DNA of 63,751 nt, filler included, from an uncultured bacterium (GTDB lineage: Bacteria; DYJV01): assembly GCA_964543655.1 (NCBI GenBank). It is 4 parts of 4 records of this genome, joined end to end, with 100 filler letters (N's around TTAATTAATTAA, not from the genome) between each part and the next. Parts side by side here need not be neighbours in the genome. Positions count along the whole stretch, not along the records: positions 1 to 21,079 come from CAZIZE010000038.1; positions 21,180 to 47,646 come from CAZIZE010000039.1; 2 more parts are not named here. One strand, 5' to 3'. Positions 20,284-29,591 of the stretch are shown in pieces. Each line of letters opens with the position of its first letter. Positions within the stretch are counted from its first letter, which is position 1. The notes beneath the pieces were generated by a model. It was given only the letters and a program-made list of their open reading frames with translations, was not told where the DNA came from and searched no databases. The position numbers and the translations under genes were made by a program.

Positions 20284-20949
20284 ATGAAACAATTTGCAGT
20301 AATTGGATTGGGAAATTTTGGTTTTTTTCTTGCAAAAAAATTACATGAACTTGACAAAGAGGTAATTGCTATTGATATTGATAAAGATAAAATTCAAGCA
20401 GTTAAGGATTTTTCATCTCAAGCAGTAATTGCAGATGCAACAGATAAAGAGGTGTTAGAAGCTATAGGGTTAAATGATGTTGATGTTGTTTTTGTTTCAA
20501 TGGGTGGAAGAATGGATAGGAGTATATTGACAACATTTTATTTAAAAGAGCTTGGTGTTGAAAAAGTTATTGTTAAAGCAATTTCTGCTGAGCATGCAGT
20601 TATTTTAGATAAGGTGGGAGCTGATAAAGTAATTTTTCCTGAGCGAGATATGGCTTATAATTTAGCAACATCCGTTACCCAGACAAATGTAGTAGAATCT
20701 TTTTTTCTTGGAGAAGATTTTAGTATAGTAGAAATTGAAACTCCTGATATATTTGTAGGTAAAGAATTGAGGGAATTGGATTTAATTAATAAATATAAGA
20801 TTCAGATAATTGCAATAAAGGATAAAGTTACAGGGAAAACTAACTTAGTTCCAGGAGCAACATATAAAATTTGTAAAACAGATTTACTTATAATAGTTGG
20901 TAAAAATGATAATTTAAATAGTTTTGAAAAAAATATTCAAAAAGGGTAA
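20284..20949 (+). CDS. ktrA: Trk/Ktr potassium uptake RCK subunit (KtrA/TrkA)
   Basis: FAVIGLGNFG Rossmann motif, GADKVIFPERDMA, TrkA_C domain. Confidence 0.9.
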   Translation: MKQFAVIGLGNFGFFLAKKLHELDKEVIAIDIDKDKIQAVKDFSSQAVIADATDKEVLEAIGLNDVDVVFVSMGGRMDRSILTTFYLKELGVEKVIVKAISAEHAVILDKVGADKVIFPERDMAYNLATSVTQTNVVESFFLGEDFSIVEIETPDIFVGKELRELDLINKYKIQIIAIKDKVTGKTNLVPGATYKICKTDLLIIVGKNDNLNSFEKNIQKG

Positions 20950-20957
20950 AAAAAGTA

Positions 20958-21019
20958 TTGACAAGAGTGTAAAAAGGTGATAATCGTCGTCTCCCGTTAA
21001 GGAGAGGGTTCATTGAAAA
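20958..21019 (+). promoter_or_regulatory. rRNA operon promoter and boxA-like antiterminator
   Basis: TTGACA at 20958-20963, GATAAT at 20979-20984, GC-rich discriminator, GTTCATTGAAAA boxA-like motif at 21008-21019. Confidence 0.65.
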
Positions 21020-21063
21020 GAGATAGGTGGTGCAGCTAAAAGAGATAAAGTTAAAAGATAAAA

Positions 21064-21079
21064 AGATGGAGAGTTTGAT
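21064..21079 (+). rRNA. rrs: 16S rRNA 5' end fragment, truncated by contig end
   Basis: GGAGAGTTTGAT matches the conserved AGAGTTTGAT start of 16S, preceded by promoter and boxA. Confidence 0.75.
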
Positions 21080-21179
21080 NNNNNNNNNNNNNNNNNNNNN
21101 NNNNNNNNNNNNNNNNNNNNNNNTTAATTAATTAANNNNNNNNNNNNNNNNNNNNNNNNNNNNNNNNNNNNNNNNNNNN
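21080..21179. other. Artificial contig linker
   Basis: N-run, TTAATTAATTAA (stops in six frames), N-run. Confidence 0.98.
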
Positions 21180-21180
21180 T

Positions 21181-21231
21181 TCAGCTGGATTTGATGAACT
21201 TAAATTAATGGAAATAGATGTGGAGATATAA
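21181..21231 (+). CDS. hypA: 3' end of hydrogenase nickel chaperone HypA (partial)
   Basis: SAGFDELKLMEIDVEI* resembles the HypA C-terminal G.EL.l..IEVE; abuts hypC. Confidence 0.6.
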   Translation, partial: SAGFDELKLMEIDVEI

Positions 21232-21232
21232 A

Positions 21233-21466
21233 ATGTGTGTTGCTTTTCCCGGGAAAGTGGTTGAAATTAAAGAAAATAGTATGGCAATAGTCGAAATATC
21301 AGGGGTTAGAAGAGAAGTCAATCTTGGGCTTCTTGATAATGTAAATGTTGGAGATTATGTAATATCGCATGTTGGTTTTGCAATTCATAAGGTTGATAAA
21401 AAAGAAGCAGAAGAATCATTAAAAATTCTTGATGAGCTTTTAAAAGAGGAAAATGATTTAAGTTAA
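21233..21466 (+). CDS. hypC: Hydrogenase maturation chaperone HypC
   Basis: MCVAFPGKV N-terminus (true start ATG 21233), VGDYVISHVGFAI. Confidence 0.95.
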   Translation: MCVAFPGKVVEIKENSMAIVEISGVRREVNLGLLDNVNVGDYVISHVGFAIHKVDKKEAEESLKILDELLKEENDLS

Positions 21467-21565
21467 AAGTTCAACATTAAATCAACATCTGGGATTCAAG
21501 GATTAGGATTTAGTTGGTATTAATGGTAATTTACAGTGGATAGCAAATATCATTTTTAATTTAAA

Positions 21566-22636
21566 ATGTATAATTTAGAAGATATAAAACCTGTTGTTAA
21601 TAAAATTCATAATATTGCGCAACACTTTGAAAATATTCAAATAATGGAAGTTTGTGGCACTCATACCAATGCAATAGCGAAATATGGGATTAAATCACTG
21701 CTTCCTGAGAATATTACCCTTGTATCAGGCCCAGGGTGTCCTGTATGTGTAACATCTCAAAGAGATATTGACATTTCTCTATATCTTGCAAGTATGAAAA
21801 ATACCATATTTTGCACTTTTGGAGATATGCTAAAAGTTCCTGGAACCAACTATAATTGTCTTGAAAAGATTAAAGCCAATGGTGGTGATATTAGAATAGT
21901 TACTTCACCTTTAACCTGTATTAAAATTGCTGAAGAAAACAGAGAGAAAAATGTTGTTTTTATGGCAATAGGATTTGAAACCACATCTCCTGCCAATGCT
22001 TATACTGTTAAATTAGCAAAAGATAAAGGATTGTCTAATTTTACAATTTTTTCATTACACAAGCTAATAACTCCAGCTATGAAATTATTGTTAACTGATC
22101 CAGATATTAGAATAGATGGTTTTTTACTACCAGGACATGTTTGCACAATTCTCGGGAAAGAGGATTTTGAATTTTTATCAGATTTTGAAAAAGTAGGAGT
22201 TATATCAGGGTTTGAAGCAATGGATATTCTTTTGGCAATATTAATGATTTTGATGAAGCTAAAAAATAAAGATTTTAAAGTGGAAATAGAATATAAAAGA
22301 GCAGTTAAACCAGAAGGTAATATAAAAGCAAAAGAGATTTTATCTGAAGTTTTTAATGTTGTTGATGCTGAGTGGAGAGGTCTTGGATTAATTGAGAAAA
22401 GCGGGCTTGGGTTAAATGAAAAATTTGAAAAATTTGATGCTACAAAAGTTTATAATATACCTGAAATAAAATCAGAAGAAAATAGAAGCTGTATTTGTGG
22501 AGAAATATTGAAAGGTAAACTTTTGCCAACAAATTGCAATTTATTTAAAAAACTTTGCACACCTTTTAATCCAGCTGGTCCGTGCATGGTATCATCAGAG
22601 GGCACATGTGCTGCTTATTATAAATTTTATGGTTAA
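21566..22636 (+). CDS. hypD: Hydrogenase maturation protein HypD
   Basis: MEVCGTHT, SGPGCPVCV, GFETT, PGHV, GPCMVSSEGTCAAYY. Confidence 0.97.
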   Translation: MYNLEDIKPVVNKIHNIAQHFENIQIMEVCGTHTNAIAKYGIKSLLPENITLVSGPGCPVCVTSQRDIDISLYLASMKNTIFCTFGDMLKVPGTNYNCLEKIKANGGDIRIVTSPLTCIKIAEENREKNVVFMAIGFETTSPANAYTVKLAKDKGLSNFTIFSLHKLITPAMKLLLTDPDIRIDGFLLPGHVCTILGKEDFEFLSDFEKVGVISGFEAMDILLAILMILMKLKNKDFKVEIEYKRAVKPEGNIKAKEILSEVFNVVDAEWRGLGLIEKSGLGLNEKFEKFDATKVYNIPEIKSEENRSCICGEILKGKLLPTNCNLFKKLCTPFNPAGPCMVSSEGTCAAYYKFYG

Positions 22637-22706
22637 TTTGATTTTTTTAATAATTTGTAGGAGTAAAATTAAATTTTAAAATAAATAATAAAATAGAGGT
22701 AAAATT

Positions 22707-23351
22707 ATGGAAATTAAAGTAGTAAAAAATATTCTTGATGCAAACAATAGAATTGCTGAGGAAAATAGAAAATTATTCAAAGAAAAGAATATTTTTGTAA
22801 TTAATTTAATGAGTTCTCCTGGTGCTGGCAAAACAAGTTTTCTTGAAAAAATTATACCTTCGCTTTCAGAGAATTTCAGAGTCGCAGTTATAGAGGGAGA
22901 TATTCAGGACACTTATGATGCTGAAAAAATTGCAAAATTAAATATTCCTGTAGTTCAGATAAATACAGGAGGAGCGTGTCATATTGATGGTAATATGGTT
23001 AAAGAAGCATTACCAGGACTCAATCTTGATGAAATAGATATTCTTATCCTTGAAAATGTTGGCAACCTTGTATGCCCGGCGGAGTTTAATATTGGAGAAG
23101 ATTTAAAAATAATGATGTTATCAGTAACAGAGGGTGATGATAAGCCAATGAAATATCCATTAATGTTTAAAGTTTCTCAGGCAATGGTTATAAATAAAAT
23201 TGACCTAATTGATTATGTAGATTTTAATGTGGAAAAAGCAGTAAAAGATGCTCTAAAAATTAATCCATCTCTTGAAATTTTTCAAATATCTTGTAAAACA
23301 GGAAAAGGTGTGGAAGATTTTTTAACCTGGTTAAAAAAATTCAAAGATTAG
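22707..23351 (+). CDS. hypB: Hydrogenase nickel incorporation GTPase HypB
   Basis: SSPGAGKTS, CHID, ENVGNLVCPA, EGDDKP.KYP, NKID. Confidence 0.96.
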   Translation: MEIKVVKNILDANNRIAEENRKLFKEKNIFVINLMSSPGAGKTSFLEKIIPSLSENFRVAVIEGDIQDTYDAEKIAKLNIPVVQINTGGACHIDGNMVKEALPGLNLDEIDILILENVGNLVCPAEFNIGEDLKIMMLSVTEGDDKPMKYPLMFKVSQAMVINKIDLIDYVDFNVEKAVKDALKINPSLEIFQISCKTGKGVEDFLTWLKKFKD

Positions 23352-23497
23352 AAATTATTTTTGTTATTTATAAAAATGGGCTGAGGAAACTGCTTTAGGG
23401 TTATTTGATTCATTGGAGAAGGATACTTAATATACAAAACTTAATGTAAAGTACAACTGCAAGTTTTTTACGGTTGTGTGTGTTCAGCACAAAAGCA

Positions 23498-23538
23498 GTT
23501 ATTTTGAGGTCCTGAGTCAAAAAATCTGTTTATTCAAG
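23498..23538 (+). repeat. Decayed dispersed repeat, copy 2
   Basis: GTTATTTTGAGGTCCTGAGTCAAAAAATCTGTTTATTCAAG similar to 71-112. Confidence 0.55.
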
Positions 23539-23570
23539 ATCAGCTATTGTATTAAAAAATAATTAATTTA

Positions 23571-23598
23571 AAAATATGGAATTTCTTTCCATATTTTT
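23571..23598. terminator. Hairpin/bidirectional terminator between hypB and STAS gene
   Basis: AAAATATGGAA-TTTCT-TTCCATATTTTT. Confidence 0.55.
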
Positions 23599-23624
23599 CT
23601 CTGCTGAATATAAGGAAATTTTTA

Positions 23625-23975
23625 TTAATCTTTTAAATATTGAGTGGCACTTTCTAAATTATCAAATAGTGGCAATATTTGATTAAAACCTGAAACATTA
23701 AAAATATTTCTTACTTGTTCGTTTAAACCGTATAAAATAAACTTTTTCCCTTTTTTATCAAGCTCTTTTGCCACCACTAAAACTCCTCTTAATCCAGCGC
23801 TGCTTATATATCTGAGCTCTGACATATCTAAAAGAATATCTTTTGGTTCTTTAACTTTTGCAAGCAAGCTATTGGTAAATTTTTTGTATGTCTCTGCGTC
23901 TAAATTTCCTGACACTGTTACTATGATGTAATTATTTTTATTTAAAGAATTTAAAAACATAGCACTAATAATCAT
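23625..23975 (-). CDS. STAS-domain anti-sigma factor antagonist
   Basis: SGNLDA, LDMSELRYISSAGLR, VRNIFNVSGF. Confidence 0.9.
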   Translation of the reverse strand: MIISAMFLNSLNKNNYIIVTVSGNLDAETYKKFTNSLLAKVKEPKDILLDMSELRYISSAGLRGVLVVAKELDKKGKKFILYGLNEQVRNIFNVSGFNQILPLFDNLESATQYLKD

Positions 23976-24023
23976 ATTTTGAGATTAAATTCAATAAATA
24001 TTTTTTTTAAACAGCATATTATA

Positions 24024-24052
24024 TTGACAAAACTTAAATTTTTAGCTAAAAT
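24024..24052 (+). promoter_or_regulatory. Sigma-70 promoter of exporter operon
   Basis: TTGACA, 17-nt spacer, TAAAAT. Confidence 0.65.
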
Positions 24053-24064
24053 TTATAAAAATTA

Positions 24065-25552
24065 TTGAGAAAATTTATGCAATTTATTAAAAAATTCTTT
24101 TTTTTATTATTTTTCATTGTTTTTAGTTTTCAAACAGTTTATCCATCAAAAATAGAAAATATTAAAAATTTAACTATTAGTGAAGCTGTTTCATTAGCAA
24201 TTAAACATAATAGAGATATTATTTTATCAACACTTTCAAGAGTCTCTGATAAACTGGGACTAATTGAAGCAAAGGACAACTTCAATATTCACTCAAACTT
24301 ATCTATTTCAAGTGAGTATCGAAGAGAATATTTAAAACATAGCAATTCTAATGATGAAAGGGAATATTCAGCAAAAATTGAAGCAAACAAGATTTATAAA
24401 ACTGGTGGTTCTATAACTACATCTTACAGTTTAATAAGAGTTAGTGGAAATTTTGATTCTAATTATAATTCTGCTGCTACAATTAGTTTTTCTCAACCAT
24501 TGTTAAAAGGCTTTGGAAGAAGAATTGCTACAGCTTCTTTAATATCAGCAAAAATTAGTGATAATGTAAGTATAAGAAATTATGAAAATTCCATATCATA
24601 TATTATTTTACAGACAATAAATGCTTTTAGAAATTTAGTTGTTGCACAGAAACAGTTTGAAATAGTAAAGAGATCATTGAGGTTATCTGAGAAATTAATA
24701 AAAATAAATAAAGAACTTGTTAGCGCTGGGAAATTAGCTGAAATAGACCTGGTGGAGACAAAAGCTGACCTTATTTCCAACAAAATACAGCTATTATCTG
24801 CAAAGAATATGCTTGAAAATGCCCAGCTTGAGCTAATTAAACTGTTGGGATTAAATCCAAAAATAAAAATTAAAGTGGTACCTGAAAAATTAAAAATCTT
24901 AAAAATTTCAAAAAAGAGAGTAGTATCAACAACTTTTACTAATAGGCAAGATTACTTAAATGCACTTGACTCTTTAAAACTATCAGAAATTTCGTATGAT
25001 GTTGCTAAAAATAATCTATTATGGGATCTCAGATTAAATGCTTCTCTTTCATCAACTGGAGAGGATAAAACAAAGGTTAACGAGGCATTTACAGAGCCTT
25101 TTACTGGCAAAAATTGGGATTTCAAAGCAGGTGTTGTTTTAAATATACCTCTTTCAAAAGTTGTATTAAAAACCAGCCTTATTAGAGCTAAAAATGAGCT
25201 TTTAAGTAGAAAAATCTGGATAAAACAATTAAAAGATAATATAATGTCTGACATTAGAAATATCCTTTTTCAAATTAATACAGCAAAGCTTCAGATTGAA
25301 CAGGCAAAAGCACTTTATGAAGTCTCCAAAAAAAAAGTAGACGCAGAAATTGAAAAATATAAGGTTGGAAAAACAAATAATTTTCAATTATTGTCATATA
25401 AAAATCAGCTTGTCCAGTCAGAGATAGACCTTCTTTCATCTAAAATTAAATATATGAACTTAATAACACTTCTTGAAAATAAGGAAGGTATACTTTACAA
25501 AAAATGGCAAAATTTTATGCCTCAAAAAATTAAATCTTTAATGGAGAATTAA
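24065..25552 (+). CDS. TolC-family outer membrane efflux protein
   Basis: Signal peptide, LTISEAVSLA, FSQPLLKGFG, two OEP-like helical repeats. Confidence 0.88.
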   Translation: MRKFMQFIKKFFFLLFFIVFSFQTVYPSKIENIKNLTISEAVSLAIKHNRDIILSTLSRVSDKLGLIEAKDNFNIHSNLSISSEYRREYLKHSNSNDEREYSAKIEANKIYKTGGSITTSYSLIRVSGNFDSNYNSAATISFSQPLLKGFGRRIATASLISAKISDNVSIRNYENSISYIILQTINAFRNLVVAQKQFEIVKRSLRLSEKLIKINKELVSAGKLAEIDLVETKADLISNKIQLLSAKNMLENAQLELIKLLGLNPKIKIKVVPEKLKILKISKKRVVSTTFTNRQDYLNALDSLKLSEISYDVAKNNLLWDLRLNASLSSTGEDKTKVNEAFTEPFTGKNWDFKAGVVLNIPLSKVVLKTSLIRAKNELLSRKIWIKQLKDNIMSDIRNILFQINTAKLQIEQAKALYEVSKKKVDAEIEKYKVGKTNNFQLLSYKNQLVQSEIDLLSSKIKYMNLITLLENKEGILYKKWQNFMPQKIKSLMEN

Positions 25553-27303
25553 TGAATTTTGACAATATTTATAGAAAAATTCTTGAATACATGGAGGAAG
25601 GTGTATTAACAATTTCCCTTGATGGCACGGTAACAACATTTAATCCTGCTGCTGAAACTATACTCTCATTAAAAGTTGACAATGTTCTTGGAAAAAAATT
25701 TGCTGAAGCTTTTATACCTATAGAACATGCTGATGAATTTAGCCAGATGATTCTTGATTCTATAGTTTCATCAAAAAAAATCAATAATAAAATAATTAGT
25801 ATCACAGTTAATAATATAAAAAAAATAATCGATGTTACTACATCTTTTCTGTTTGACAATAATGGTAATAAAATTGGAATAATAGTAGTTTTTTCTGATG
25901 TAACAGAGATAGAATCTCTGAGAATTACTGAAAAGAAACTTTTAAAAGAGCTTGAAGAGGAACATAAAAAATTACAAAAGTCTTATCTTGAGCTTGAGGA
26001 AAAAACAGAAACTCTTAAACAATTATCAGGTAAATTTAATAAATTAAAATTTATTGGTGTAATACTTATATTTTCTATTTTTTTTGGGTTAATGTATATG
26101 ATGGAAAAAGATTACTTGGTCACAGAAAAGTATTTTAATTTTACAAGAAAGGTAGAAAATTCTAAAATAAAAGAGAATTATGCTGTTGCAAAAGTTCAAC
26201 CAATAGTCAAAACAATTGGTTTTTTAGGTACTATTTCTCCTATTACGAATATTAATATTGTATCTCCTTACAGTGGTCAGATAGAGAAATTATATTTTAA
26301 TTTTGGGCATTCTGTTCATAAAGGAGAGATATTATGCAAAATTGATCCTTCTGAAATTATGGTAAAATTGAGAGAAGCTGAAATAAATTTTATAAAGCAG
26401 AGAAATCAGTACGAAAAGTTAAAAAATTGGATGAAGAGTCCAAATGTTTCTGCTGCAAAAAGGCAGTTATATATTGCTGAAAAAAGTTTTGAAAATTCAA
26501 AAAATGAACTAAGCATTACCAAAGAATTATATAAAAAAGGAATAGTTTCAAAAGAGGAGCTTAATACAGCGGTCAAAAACCTTGAGATTTCTAAAAATTC
26601 TTATGAATCAGCAAAAGAAAATTTACAAAATGTTATAAATGTAGCAAGTTCAGACAATTTAAAAATAGCAAAAATTCAGCTTGAAATTATGAGAAATAAT
26701 CTTGAGAATTTAAGAAAAAATTTGAGAGAAGGTGTAATAATATCTCCAATTAATGGAGTAATTTTACCTGTTAACAACTCTGATGGGAAGAAACAGTTAT
26801 TAACAATTGGCACTCACGTTTCAGAAGGTGAAAGTTTATTTAGTATTGGTGATTTAGCTGGATTTTCAATAAGAATAAATATTAGTGAATCAGATATATC
26901 AAAATTAAAGGTTGGAATGAATGTAAATGTTGTTCTGGATGCTTTTAAAAATTATAATTTGAGTGGTAAAGTTTCCAGTTTATCTCTTGTACCATCAAAT
27001 CAAGATGATAAAACATCCATTCCAACATATAGTGCTGTGATTGTAATAAGGCATATTCCTAAGGGTTTGCATAATAAAATTTTAATTGGTATGAGTGCAA
27101 AAGCAGATATTATTATTTACAAAAATGAATCAGCTGTTATTGTTCCTGTAGCTTGTGTTGGAGAGGAGAATGGCAGGTTTTACGTGATAAAGAAAGCAGG
27201 GAAAAGAGTAGTGAAAACTTTTGTTACAATTGGCAATGTAGGAGAAGAAGGGGTTGAAATTAAAAAAGGTGTTAAAGTAGGAGATAGAGTTAAAATATTA
27301 TGA
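25552..27303 (+). CDS. PAS domain fused to MacA/HlyD-type periplasmic adaptor
   Basis: N-terminal PAS (EGVLTISLDG.VTTFNPAAE.IL), coiled coil, one TM, then SPYSGQI..V.KGE.L, SPINGVI, ISESDISKLKVGM adaptor motifs. Confidence 0.85.
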   Translation: MNFDNIYRKILEYMEEGVLTISLDGTVTTFNPAAETILSLKVDNVLGKKFAEAFIPIEHADEFSQMILDSIVSSKKINNKIISITVNNIKKIIDVTTSFLFDNNGNKIGIIVVFSDVTEIESLRITEKKLLKELEEEHKKLQKSYLELEEKTETLKQLSGKFNKLKFIGVILIFSIFFGLMYMMEKDYLVTEKYFNFTRKVENSKIKENYAVAKVQPIVKTIGFLGTISPITNINIVSPYSGQIEKLYFNFGHSVHKGEILCKIDPSEIMVKLREAEINFIKQRNQYEKLKNWMKSPNVSAAKRQLYIAEKSFENSKNELSITKELYKKGIVSKEELNTAVKNLEISKNSYESAKENLQNVINVASSDNLKIAKIQLEIMRNNLENLRKNLREGVIISPINGVILPVNNSDGKKQLLTIGTHVSEGESLFSIGDLAGFSIRINISESDISKLKVGMNVNVVLDAFKNYNLSGKVSSLSLVPSNQDDKTSIPTYSAVIVIRHIPKGLHNKILIGMSAKADIIIYKNESAVIVPVACVGEENGRFYVIKKAGKRVVKTFVTIGNVGEEGVEIKKGVKVGDRVKIL

Positions 27304-27974
27304 TACCTTTAATAAAAATGGAAAATATTTCTAAAACTTACACAATTGGGCCTAATAAATTAAATATTTTGAAATCAATCAACATTAAAATTAACAAAGG
27401 AGAATTAATAGGAATAATTGGCCAATCTGGTAGTGGGAAATCTACTTTAATGAACATTATAGGCCTACTTGATAAACCAACAAATGGTAATTATTTAATG
27501 GAAGGTGTAGCTGTTGATTATTCAGATGATAATAGATTGTCAGAATTGAGAAATAGAAAAATTGGTTTTATTTTTCAACAATATAATCTAATATCAACTT
27601 TAACTGCTGTGGAAAATGTTAAATTGCCACTTTTTTATAGAAGAGAATCACCAAGTATTAGCTTTAAAAAGGCAATAAAAGCCCTTGAAAAAGTTGAAAT
27701 GAGTAATCGGTATAATCATAAACCTTCAGAAATGTCAGGAGGGCAGCAACAGAGAGTAGCAATAGCAAGAGCACTTGTTGGTTCTCCTGATATTATACTC
27801 GCTGATGAGCCTACTGGAGCGCTTGATGCAGATACAAGCAATAAGATTATGGAGCTTCTCATTGATTTAAATGAAAAAGAAAGAAAAACAATAATAATTA
27901 TTACTCATGATCCTGAAATAGCAAATAGATGTAAAATAGTTTACAAGATGAAAGATGGGGCTTTAATTTTATGA
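27300..27974 (+). CDS. ABC transporter ATP-binding protein (MacB/LolD type)
   Basis: GQSGSGKST, IGFIFQQYNL, MSGGQQQRVAIARAL, ADEPTGALD. Confidence 0.95.
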   Translation: MIPLIKMENISKTYTIGPNKLNILKSINIKINKGELIGIIGQSGSGKSTLMNIIGLLDKPTNGNYLMEGVAVDYSDDNRLSELRNRKIGFIFQQYNLISTLTAVENVKLPLFYRRESPSISFKKAIKALEKVEMSNRYNHKPSEMSGGQQQRVAIARALVGSPDIILADEPTGALDADTSNKIMELLIDLNEKERKTIIIITHDPEIANRCKIVYKMKDGALIL

Positions 27975-29152
27975 TAAAAACAATATTTCCTCTGGTTAAA
28001 GAAGCTGTAAGAAGTATGTTGCTAAAGAAACAGAGAACATTTTTAGCATTACTTGGAATAATTATAGGGATAGGGTCTGTAATTGCAATGATTTCAGTTG
28101 GAGAAATTGTTAAACATGAAGCAGTTAAACAGTTTGAAGAACTGGGGACAAATATTATTAGTATAAAAAAAGGTTTCAGTTATAATGATGCAACCATGTT
28201 AAAACAAAGAAAAAATATAACAATTGAAGTAGTTAATGATTTAAAAAATTTGAGCAGTGTTGAAAATTTTTCTGCTCATATAGATCTTAACCCTGATATT
28301 ATAATTGGTAGTAAAATTGTTGAGCATTTTTCTGTTATGGGGGTTACACCTTCTTTTTTTCGAATAAACAAATTGAAAATAGAATCAGGGAGATTTTTAG
28401 CACCTGTTGACAAAATATCCAATAATTGTGTTGTTGGTGATGATGTTGAAAGTATGGTAAAAAAGGAAAAAAGTAATGTTTTAGTTTTAAATCAATCTGT
28501 TTTTAAAATTATTGGAGTAGCATCCAGTGATGCAAATGTAGGAATAAGGTCGTTTGATGTTGGTAGCACTATTTTTATAGATATATATAGAGCTGCTTCA
28601 TTCCTTAAAAATCCAGCTATCTCTCAGATAGTAGTAAAAGTAAAAAAAGGTATCACAAATTTTCAAGCTAAAAAGGATTTGAGAAATTTTTTTAATTTAA
28701 GAAAAATAAATGTTGAAATACATAGCCCAGATGAGTTGGTTGCTCAAATGGAAAAACAGCTTAGAATGTTCACTCTTTTACTTGGAGCTATTGGTAGCAT
28801 CTCATTACTTGTTGGTGGAATTGGGATTATGAATGTTTTACTTGTATCAGTTTCTGAAAGGAGAAAAGAGATTGGTATAAGAAGAGCAATTGGTGCAAAA
28901 CAGATAGATATTCAGTTGCAATTTTTAATAGAATCTTTTATACTTACAACTGTTGGTGGCATTTTAGGTATTGTTGTTGGTATTGCCACATCTTTTGCAA
29001 TTTCAAAATTTAGTGATTGGGAGTTTATTTTCTCATATATTTCTATAATTGCAGGTATAACCATGTCTTTTCTTGTTGGTGGATTCTTTGGCTTCTATCC
29101 AGCAAGGCAAGCTGCTAAAATGGATCCTATAAATGCTTTAAGAGCTGAATAG
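27971..29152 (+). CDS. MacB/FtsX-type ABC permease
   Basis: LGIIIGIGSVI, VGGIGIMNV..VSV.ERRKEIGIRRAIGA, YPARQAAKMDPI.ALR. Confidence 0.93.
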   Translation: MIKTIFPLVKEAVRSMLLKKQRTFLALLGIIIGIGSVIAMISVGEIVKHEAVKQFEELGTNIISIKKGFSYNDATMLKQRKNITIEVVNDLKNLSSVENFSAHIDLNPDIIIGSKIVEHFSVMGVTPSFFRINKLKIESGRFLAPVDKISNNCVVGDDVESMVKKEKSNVLVLNQSVFKIIGVASSDANVGIRSFDVGSTIFIDIYRAASFLKNPAISQIVVKVKKGITNFQAKKDLRNFFNLRKINVEIHSPDELVAQMEKQLRMFTLLLGAIGSISLLVGGIGIMNVLLVSVSERRKEIGIRRAIGAKQIDIQLQFLIESFILTTVGGILGIVVGIATSFAISKFSDWEFIFSYISIIAGITMSFLVGGFFGFYPARQAAKMDPINALRAE

Positions 29153-29168
29153 CATAAAAAAATAACCA

Positions 29169-29184
29169 TGGTATAGATATTGCA
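29169..29184 (+). promoter_or_regulatory. Sigma-54 promoter
   Basis: TGGTAT-AGATA-TTGCA (GG-N10-GC). Confidence 0.65.
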
Positions 29185-29214
29185 ATTTAACAAAAAATTT
29201 TACGAGATGATAAT

Positions 29215-29560
29215 ATGAAAAAACTTAATTTTATTCTTTCTATTCTGTTCTTATTTTATTTTATCGGTACTTTATATCCAATCTGTATTAACAATATTAG
29301 GAATAATTGCCCAATTCATGTATGGTAATCTTCTGGTGTAAAAGTGGCTGATACAGATTTGTTAAAATTTTATAATAGCTGAAATGCAAGGTTTACTGAA
29401 AAATTATAGTTTCAATACAGGTGAAGAATGTATAGTGAAAATAACATAGATTAGAAGATATTGGTTGTATTGTTTAAGATGTTGCTGGTTTAATTTTTAT
29501 ATTATTGGAAGTGGTAATCCTGTAGTTAGCAAAAATGATTACTATAAATGTAAGGTGATT
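29215..29560 (+). pseudogene. Decayed small secreted Cys-containing protein gene, probable paralogue of 30949-31329
   Basis: ATG 29215 gives signal peptide MKKLNFILSILFLFYFIGTLYP then ICINN, stop at 29326-29328; later fragment FYIIGSG...NDYYKC resembles LIVKGKKGNYWC. Confidence 0.5.
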
Positions 29561-29591
29561 ATAATTATTAACTTTAAAGGCAAAGTTGGTT

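Noticed and set aside
21080..21179. TTAATTAATTAA palindrome within N-runs, repeated at 47691 and 60643
   Set aside because: Standard artificial contig spacer; not biological, and genes across it are not neighbours
21181..23351. hyp cluster apparently lacking hypE and hypF
   Set aside because: Cluster is cut by the contig start and hyp genes are often dispersed, so absence here is uninformative
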